64,000 nt of DNA, from IMG/VR virus record IMGVR_UViG_3300025853_008930, positions 16,706 to 80,705 of that record; one strand, written 5' to 3'. Made by a program: the position numbers and the translations under genes. Positions 57,730-64,000 of this stretch are shown here, piece after piece. The notes beneath the pieces were generated by a model. It made no database searches. It saw only the letters and a program-made list of their open reading frames with translations, and was not told where the DNA came from. Numbering within the stretch: position 1 is the stretch's first letter; each line of letters opens with the position of its first letter. The stretch is from a virus.

Positions 57730-59240
57730 TGATAATACATGGCAATGAAGTAAAAGAAAAGTTATTACAAGGAATAGACATAGTAGCGAATACAGTAAAG
57801 CCCACACTTGGGCCACAAGCGAGAACAGTAATATTACAAGGTAATCCTCCGGTAGTAATTAACGACGGAGTTACAATTACTAGGTATATTAGTCACGAAG
57901 ACCCTTATGTTCAAATGGGCATTCAGTTAGTGCAGAATCTAGCAAGTAAAGCACAAGAAGGTAGTGGTGATGGAACTACCACCGCTTGTATTCTTGCTCA
58001 AGCACTATGTCATAATATGTTAGATGCACCGGAAATGAATGTTCATCAGTTTAATAGTTTGATTAATACTTTGAAAGAAAAGACAACCTTTCATTTAGAC
58101 CAAGCATCGGAAGAAGTCGAGGATATAGATATACTTGGAGTAGCAACCATAGCGGCAAACAACGATAACAAACTAGGTATGTTAATTGCTGATGCAATAA
58201 ACAAAGTTGGCCGTGATGGTATTATTACTGTGGAAGAATCTAAAACACACAATACTGATATTGTTGTTAGGGAAGGTTTAGAGATTGATGAAGGCTACAT
58301 GAGTCACCTTATGGCTAATAGCGAGGATGGTAAATGCACATTCAGCAACCCACTAATCTTCTTATCTAATTTAGCGATTAGAAACTTTAGTGAGATACTA
58401 CCTATGATGGAACATGCGGCAAATAACAAACAACCTCTAGTTATATTCTGTAAAGGGATGGATGGTAATGCTATGAATAATGTAGTTATGAATCTATTAC
58501 AGAAGACAATAGAAATTGCTGTAGTTACCGCACCTAACTTTGGTGATGCTCAATTAGATGAGTTAGCCGATATTGCAGGTGTTGTTGGTGGAACTCTTTA
58601 CACAGATGAAAGCAAAGATGACCCTAAAGAATTACATGCACATACTTTCGGAACTTGTGATAGTATTACTATTACTAAAGATAAAACAATTTTTGTGGGG
58701 GGTAACAGACCACTAACAGAAAATAGAATAGCGACACTAAAAGGAACTTATGAAGATAGTCAAGACGAATATGATAAACTTAGACTTAAGAAAAGAATAG
58801 CAAGACTTAGTGGTGGCGTTGCTACCATTAGAGTTGGTGCTTCTTCATCTATTGAAATGAGAGAAAAGAAAGAAAGGTTAGACGATGCTCTTAACGCTAC
58901 AAAGGCCGCACTAGAAGAAGGTATTATTGTTGGTGGTGGATTAACTCTAGCGAGAGCCGCCAAACAAGCAACAAAGACAATGAAGAATGCTAAGTGGTTT
59001 GAGTTAGCCATGCAAGAACCTATCAAAGTATTACAAAGAAATAGTGGTATAAATACACCAACTGTTAATTTTGGTAAAAAGAACATAGGTTTCAATGCAC
59101 TTACAGGTAAGACCCAAGACTTGAAAGCGGCAGGTATTTTCGACCCTGTTAAAGTTACTAAAAATAGTTTCTTAGCGGCTATGTCTATCGCACAACTTTT
59201 CTACTCTACTGATGTAGCGGTTTTGTTACCGGAGGAATAG
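57729..59240 (+). CDS. groEL: Group I chaperonin (GroEL-like)
   Basis: TLGP, NDGVTI, GDGTTT, DALNATKAA.EEGI..GGG, GIFDP.KV. Confidence 0.93.
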   Translation: MIIHGNEVKEKLLQGIDIVANTVKPTLGPQARTVILQGNPPVVINDGVTITRYISHEDPYVQMGIQLVQNLASKAQEGSGDGTTTACILAQALCHNMLDAPEMNVHQFNSLINTLKEKTTFHLDQASEEVEDIDILGVATIAANNDNKLGMLIADAINKVGRDGIITVEESKTHNTDIVVREGLEIDEGYMSHLMANSEDGKCTFSNPLIFLSNLAIRNFSEILPMMEHAANNKQPLVIFCKGMDGNAMNNVVMNLLQKTIEIAVVTAPNFGDAQLDELADIAGVVGGTLYTDESKDDPKELHAHTFGTCDSITITKDKTIFVGGNRPLTENRIATLKGTYEDSQDEYDKLRLKKRIARLSGGVATIRVGASSSIEMREKKERLDDALNATKAALEEGIIVGGGLTLARAAKQATKTMKNAKWFELAMQEPIKVLQRNSGINTPTVNFGKKNIGFNALTGKTQDLKAAGIFDPVKVTKNSFLAAMSIAQLFYSTDVAVLLPEE

Positions 59241-59242
59241 AG

Positions 59243-59966
59243 TTGAAATGTCCGACTTGTTGGAGAAACATGCAAGGATATTACGCTAGAAGATTTGGTA
59301 AGTGTAAATATTGTTTGGAGAGTAGAAAGAAATGATAACAGCAGATGATTGGAAAGGAGAATATAGAGATATTAAATATGAAATATCGGCAGAAAATAAA
59401 GTTAGTAAACCTTTTTTAAAGGTTCTATTCTATGTTTATGATATAGAAATGGATGAATACTTACCTGCTGATGACGAAGATATTGCTCATCATGGTTATA
59501 GTTATACTCTAAAACAAGCACACCAAGTTGCTAGAAGTCTTATAGATGAAAAGTTAGGTGAATACTAATGAAGAAAAGAGCAGTAACAGTAACATTACCT
59601 GCGCCACACAAAGCGCAGATTAAATGCCCTATTTGTAAAGGTAACAAATGTGTTGTTTGTAAGATGACAGGCAACTTAGCAATAGATGTTGCACCAAAGA
59701 TACCAATACAAAGAGCGCACATTATCAAATATGTTATGGAGAACATGCAAGATGTTTCTCAAGAACTAACTAGAATGTATGGCTTAGTGCCGGAGATAGG
59801 AACTAAAGAAGTAGTTGTTGTCAATGAGGGTCAGTATGAGATAGTCCAAGTATCATCTTTAGGTGGTGCTTGTTGGGTAGTAAATAGATTAGATGAATTA
59901 GAAACTCCACGATATTTTACTGCTTTGAAAGACTTAAAGAAATTTAAAGAGGGGTGGATGAGTTGA
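59243..59966 (+). CDS. Small ORFs: 59243-59335 Zn microprotein, 59332-59568, 59568-59966 (CxxC..CxxC)
   Basis: Coupled ORFs; the first was translated by hand. Confidence 0.5.
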
Positions 59967-60160
59967 GTGATTTAGAAACAAAGGGAACAATAGCCCGTAA
60001 CGCAACTGATGAGATATTAGTGAAGCGTGGAAACTATTGGAACATTGAAGTCTTTGATGTTCGTTGGTATAGTAATGATAAACCAACAAGAAAAGGTATT
60101 CGTATGAATATTGAAGAGGCTAAATTATTATTAAAAATATTGGAGAGAGAATTAGAATGA
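59954..60160 (+). CDS. PC4/YdbC-like ssDNA-binding protein
   Basis: FDVRWY...PTRKGIRM motif. Confidence 0.75.
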   Translation: MDELSDLETKGTIARNATDEILVKRGNYWNIEVFDVRWYSNDKPTRKGIRMNIEEAKLLLKILERELE

Positions 60161-60423
60161 CGAAAATAATTAGTGATGTGCAAATAAAGAAATTAATGAG
60201 GGCGTATAACCCTAAAAGAGAATGGTCGGAAGGTTGTGTAGAACAACTTAGACAAAACTCTTGGCAGTTAATCAATTTCATGTTAAGTGAGATTGAAACA
60301 AACATGGAAGGAAATAAAAGAGTTCAATCGCAGGATATTGTTAATGCTTACAATTTTATTGCTAATGCAATAATGTTGGCTAAACAACCTGTATTAAGAC
60401 ATTTCATAGGAGAGGAAGAATAA
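60157..60423 (+). CDS. Putative histone-fold protein
   Basis: IKKLMR / EWSEGCVEQL / GNKRVQSQDI aligns by eye with HMf IGRIIK / RVSDDARITL / GRKTIKAEDI. Confidence 0.55.
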   Translation: MTKIISDVQIKKLMRAYNPKREWSEGCVEQLRQNSWQLINFMLSEIETNMEGNKRVQSQDIVNAYNFIANAIMLAKQPVLRHFIGEEE

Positions 60424-60779
60424 TGTTCAAGTATGTTAGAATTTGGCAGAATGATAAGAAGTTAGACGAATGGGCTAAGAAGGTTAGAAAAGAAATCAAG
60501 AACGAAAGATTGCTAGAAGCCTTTGAGGTAGATTTTAGTCAAATCAAAAGGACTAATGAATTTACAAGAGCATCCTTTGTTATGTATTGGGAAATACAAA
60601 CTAATAGCCAACTGGCTACACTTGCACCACCTTTGGTTCAAGCCACTTTAGTATCTATGACTAATAGATTAGTAGAGATGGAAAGAATGGATGAAGCGCA
60701 AGTAGTTAATGCTATGATGATTAACTTTACTAGAGTATTAGGAATAATCAATAGTGGTGCTAACGATGAAGAAGAGTGA
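60423..60779 (+). CDS. Hypothetical protein
   Basis: Coupled ORF. Confidence 0.55.
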   Translation: MFKYVRIWQNDKKLDEWAKKVRKEIKNERLLEAFEVDFSQIKRTNEFTRASFVMYWEIQTNSQLATLAPPLVQATLVSMTNRLVEMERMDEAQVVNAMMINFTRVLGIINSGANDEEE

Positions 60780-60895
60780 ATGGATTTACTTAGCAAATGC
60801 TATGTGGGCATACTCGGATAAACATGAAGGTGAAATATCCCGCCTTCTAAAAGAAGTGGTAATTAAAATTAATAAAAATATGGAGATGATTATAG

Positions 60896-62428
60896 ATGAT
60901 AGATTGGAAAATGATGAGCCGGTTGTTAGAATCCACGAAGGGAAAGACACCAACAAAACAAGTAAAATTGATAGCAACAGAACTAGATAAGTTCGATACA
61001 CATAAGAGCGCAGTAATACAATTACTTGCTAGAGAATATCCTAACAATAACATTGGTTTGGCTAAGGCTAAGTCTTGGCTTGCTAAGATGTTTGATTGTT
61101 TTGATGATGAGATAGAAAGCCTATTCGCTATTGATGATGAATTGGGAGAGGCTATCTATATGTTAGATACAAGTGCAGAAACAGAACGAAACATAAGTAT
61201 AACTTCTGTCTTAAGAGTTTTAGAAACTAATTGTGGTGCTGTAGACGATTCTTCTTATCTCTTAGTTAAAGATGTATTATCAAATATGTCAGCATTAGAA
61301 AGAAGGTGGTTTGTTAGATATTGGATTCGTTCCCCTACTAATGGAATAGACGAAGGAGTAGTTAAGAAAGTATTAGCAAAACATTACGATAAGAAACTAA
61401 GTGAAGTTAAGAAACATGCTAACTTCAATACCTTGTATAATGTTACCATGTATTATGAAATGAAAGAAGACCCTCCGTGTAATTTATCACATGGTTCTTT
61501 TGTAAAACCAATGCTAGCAAAGGAAGTTCTTATGAATAAGTGGCCGGAAAATAAGATAGTAGATTACAAGTATGATGGTAACAGATACCAAATACACAAA
61601 CAAGGAGATAATGTAATTATTTTTAATCGTAAAGGCTCTATCGTTACTCCACAGTTTCAAGATGTCGTAGAGACAGTTAGACAGTATGAAGTAGATTGTA
61701 TTCTTGATGGTGAGATATATCCAATTAAGGATGATGGTTCACCTGCTGAACATAAACTAATGGGAACAAGAGTTCATTCTAAAGACCACGCAGAAGCAAG
61801 AGAGAGGGTTAAAGTCAAGTGGGTTATATTTGATTGCCTTAAAATCGGTAATGAAACTATAATGGACTTATCTTATAGCGATAGATTAGGTAAGTTTTCG
61901 CAACTCCCCGACCAAGCACATAGAATGGAAGAGGGCGGTGATGTTCTAGCATTCTATAATAGAGCGATTAACGATGGTTTTGAGGGCATTATTGTCAAAG
62001 ATACTAATTTACCCTATGAGGCAGGTAAAAGAAGCGCAGGATGGGCTAAATACAAGCCTCCTCGCATTGAATTAGATGTGGCTATTACTACTGCTAAATA
62101 TGGCGAAGGCTCAAGAGCAAATGTGTTTGGAACTTTTGGTATTTCTGTAAAGAGTGATAGTGGTTTCAAATCAGTAGGTTCTATCGGAACGGGCTTTAGT
62201 GATGCTGATTTAGTTTGGCTAACTAATGAACTTAGAAAGAATGTAGAGACTTACAACAATGGCACATACAATTTATTACCGAGAGTTGTCTTAGAAGTAT
62301 CAGCAGACTTAGTTACTCAAGATGCAAAGGGCAACTATGGATTAAGATTCCCACGATGTAAAAGAATACGGCATGATAAGTTTGTTGCTGATATAAATAC
62401 AATAGAAGATGTGGAGAGACTACTATGA
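60896..62428 (+). CDS. lig: ATP-dependent DNA ligase
   Basis: KPMLA, YKYDGNR, LDGE, IFD, EGIIVK, WAKYK, LRFPR. Confidence 0.95.
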   Translation: MIDWKMMSRLLESTKGKTPTKQVKLIATELDKFDTHKSAVIQLLAREYPNNNIGLAKAKSWLAKMFDCFDDEIESLFAIDDELGEAIYMLDTSAETERNISITSVLRVLETNCGAVDDSSYLLVKDVLSNMSALERRWFVRYWIRSPTNGIDEGVVKKVLAKHYDKKLSEVKKHANFNTLYNVTMYYEMKEDPPCNLSHGSFVKPMLAKEVLMNKWPENKIVDYKYDGNRYQIHKQGDNVIIFNRKGSIVTPQFQDVVETVRQYEVDCILDGEIYPIKDDGSPAEHKLMGTRVHSKDHAEARERVKVKWVIFDCLKIGNETIMDLSYSDRLGKFSQLPDQAHRMEEGGDVLAFYNRAINDGFEGIIVKDTNLPYEAGKRSAGWAKYKPPRIELDVAITTAKYGEGSRANVFGTFGISVKSDSGFKSVGSIGTGFSDADLVWLTNELRKNVETYNNGTYNLLPRVVLEVSADLVTQDAKGNYGLRFPRCKRIRHDKFVADINTIEDVERLL

Positions 62429-62802
62429 ACAGGCCTAAAGAAGTAAAAAGACTAGTTGCTAAATATGGAATAGCATCTATATTCACCTTTGCCACATATT
62501 CCGATATTGGTGAAGAAGAGTTGTTTATTTTAACTAAGGGATTGTTTGTGGCTCTAAGAGTAAACTCGGATGTAGAACTAGTGAAAGACTTTGAAAAGAA
62601 CATGGTTATTATAGAAAGTGAAGAACCGGAGGATGTTGCTAGAATATTCAATAGAGAAGAAAATATTAACTTGAATATAGTATTAGGTGGCTCTTTTAAG
62701 AAACATGAAGATTTTATTAGATATTTACTACACGAAGGACTAGAATACATGAAAGTAGATAGCGAATATGTTGGATTTTGTGAGGTAGAATCCGATGTTT
62801 AG
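62425..62802 (+). CDS. Hypothetical protein
   Basis: Coupled ORF. Confidence 0.55.
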   Translation: MNRPKEVKRLVAKYGIASIFTFATYSDIGEEELFILTKGLFVALRVNSDVELVKDFEKNMVIIESEEPEDVARIFNREENINLNIVLGGSFKKHEDFIRYLLHEGLEYMKVDSEYVGFCEVESDV

Positions 62803-63193
62803 TAGAGATAACTTGACAGGAATATTCTTATCTATTGCTAATACAGAAATAATAGTAGAAAGAAACAACTCTCTACAGATAGGATATAGAGTTAAACTAA
62901 AAATAAGTATTAGAGGAACAGAAAAGTTCCTAAATGCTTTACAAAGAAGCCTCCTTCAGCACGAAATAAGTAGTAAATTATTTCTTGAAGAGAGCAAAAA
63001 AAGACCTAGACCTATATTGAAAATAGGCGGTATCAAGAACATAGTGTATATTTTACAGAACTTCTGTAAATCCCTACCCGATGCAAAAGGAGAAATGGAT
63101 TCCTTTAGAAAAGCAACTAGAATAGTTGCAGAAGGCAGACATTTACAACTAGAAGGATTAGAAGAATTATTTAAATTAAAGGAGTTGATGTAG
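62795..63193 (+). CDS. Degenerate single-motif LAGLIDADG-fold protein
   Basis: LTGIFLSIAN (catalytic acid absent), GYRVKLKISI, HLQLEGLEELFKLK. Confidence 0.55.
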   Translation: MFSRDNLTGIFLSIANTEIIVERNNSLQIGYRVKLKISIRGTEKFLNALQRSLLQHEISSKLFLEESKKRPRPILKIGGIKNIVYILQNFCKSLPDAKGEMDSFRKATRIVAEGRHLQLEGLEELFKLKELM

Positions 63194-63207
63194 TGGGATT
63201 AACCACA

Positions 63208-64000
63208 ATGAATAAAAATAGACCAATAATAATTACAGGAAAGACAGGAACAGGAAAGACGACTAAAGCAAAAGAGATGCTTCCAGATGCTACGATGTTA
63301 TTTGCGAATGAAATTGAAATAGACGCAAATTCACTTAATGTTGAAAATGGACTTATTATAGAAGATATACATTACAATGCACAGAAAGATGCTATATTGA
63401 ATATAATTAGACGGTATAGAGGAGAGTTGATTATGACTTCCCTCAATGAAAAGAACATTCCAAAAGAAATCAAGGCTTTGTGTAAAATAAAAAGAGCAGG
63501 TTCAACCAAGCACTTATATGATTCAATACTAAATATTGCTCCAAGAAGTGAAGAACCATTCTCATTGCAGAAAGATACTTTTAGTCTTGTAAGTTATTTC
63601 TTGAAGGAAACTGATAGAGACTTAGTTTGTAAAGTATTGAAGGTGAACAAGCCTTCCGATACTCAACTTATGAATTGGCTGTGTGTAAACTCAAACCCCA
63701 ATAAGTTATTATTTATTGATGGTAGAGTTAGAAGAAGATGGTCGCAGGACTACTTCTATGAAATGCTTGCTTATGTCTATGATGGTAGATTCTATGGAAG
63801 AATGAATATGCCGATTAGGAAGCAGTATTCTAAAGTTCCTTCGTTGTTAAGGCGACTAGGAATAAAGAATGCTGATAAGAGAATTTTCAAACAATTAACT
63901 AAGGATGAAGAGTTTGTGAAGTTTGCCAAAAGCAAACTAAATAATAGTGAGTGCCGCCTTTTAGGTTTAGGTGAGAAGCGGGTTCGTAAATCGAAACCCG
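63208..64000 (+). CDS. P-loop ATPase, clamp-loader (RFC)-like, partial
   Basis: Hand-translated PIIITGKTGTGKTT, LIIEDI; appears open to the end of the window. Confidence 0.6.
   Translation, partial: MNKNRPIIITGKTGTGKTTKAKEMLPDATMLFANEIEIDANSLNVENGLIIEDIHYNAQKDAILNIIRRYRGELIMTSLNEKNIPKEIKALCKIKRAGSTKHLYDSILNIAPRSEEPFSLQKDTFSLVSYFLKETDRDLVCKVLKVNKPSDTQLMNWLCVNSNPNKLLFIDGRVRRRWSQDYFYEMLAYVYDGRFYGRMNMPIRKQYSKVPSLLRRLGIKNADKRIFKQLTKDEEFVKFAKSKLNNSECRLLGLGEKRVRKSKP

Noticed and set aside
1-64000. tRNA, rRNA, integrase or transposase genes
   Set aside because: None recognisable by eye; tRNAscan and HMM searches were not run

Overview
The window is about 64 kb of an AT-rich tailed (Caudoviricetes) archaeal virus genome. 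It most resembles the magroviruses of Marine Group II (Poseidoniales) archaea; the basis is GGTGA-type Shine-Dalgarno sites, TATA promoters, a TFB, a likely histone fold, GroEL/GroES and ATP-dependent ligases, and the taxon call is an inference. Positions 1-41.6 kb (minus strand) are the morphogenesis block: terminase, portal, prohead protease/scaffold, major capsid protein, neck, tail tube, tail chaperone with a -1 frameshift, and the start of the tape measure. It also holds an Arf/Sar-like small GTPase with membrane proteins, a second DNA ligase, and more than 20 unrelated small proteins that share an N-terminal 'M-x-W-x-x-I-L-K' tag. Positions 41.7-47.1 kb (plus strand) are an array of nine self-contained cassettes. 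The cassettes are separated by a covarying hairpin fused to an AACCATATGGTT palindrome and a promoter, and the array is bounded by half-sites; two cassettes appear to carry structured non-coding RNAs. Positions 47.1-64 kb contain an AT-rich origin-like region, an SF1 helicase, a ubiquitin-like module (Ubl-GG, E1, JAB), TFB, chaperonins, PC4-like and histone-like proteins, DNA ligase and a partial clamp-loader-like ATPase. All calls come from motif reading by eye; no database searches were run.
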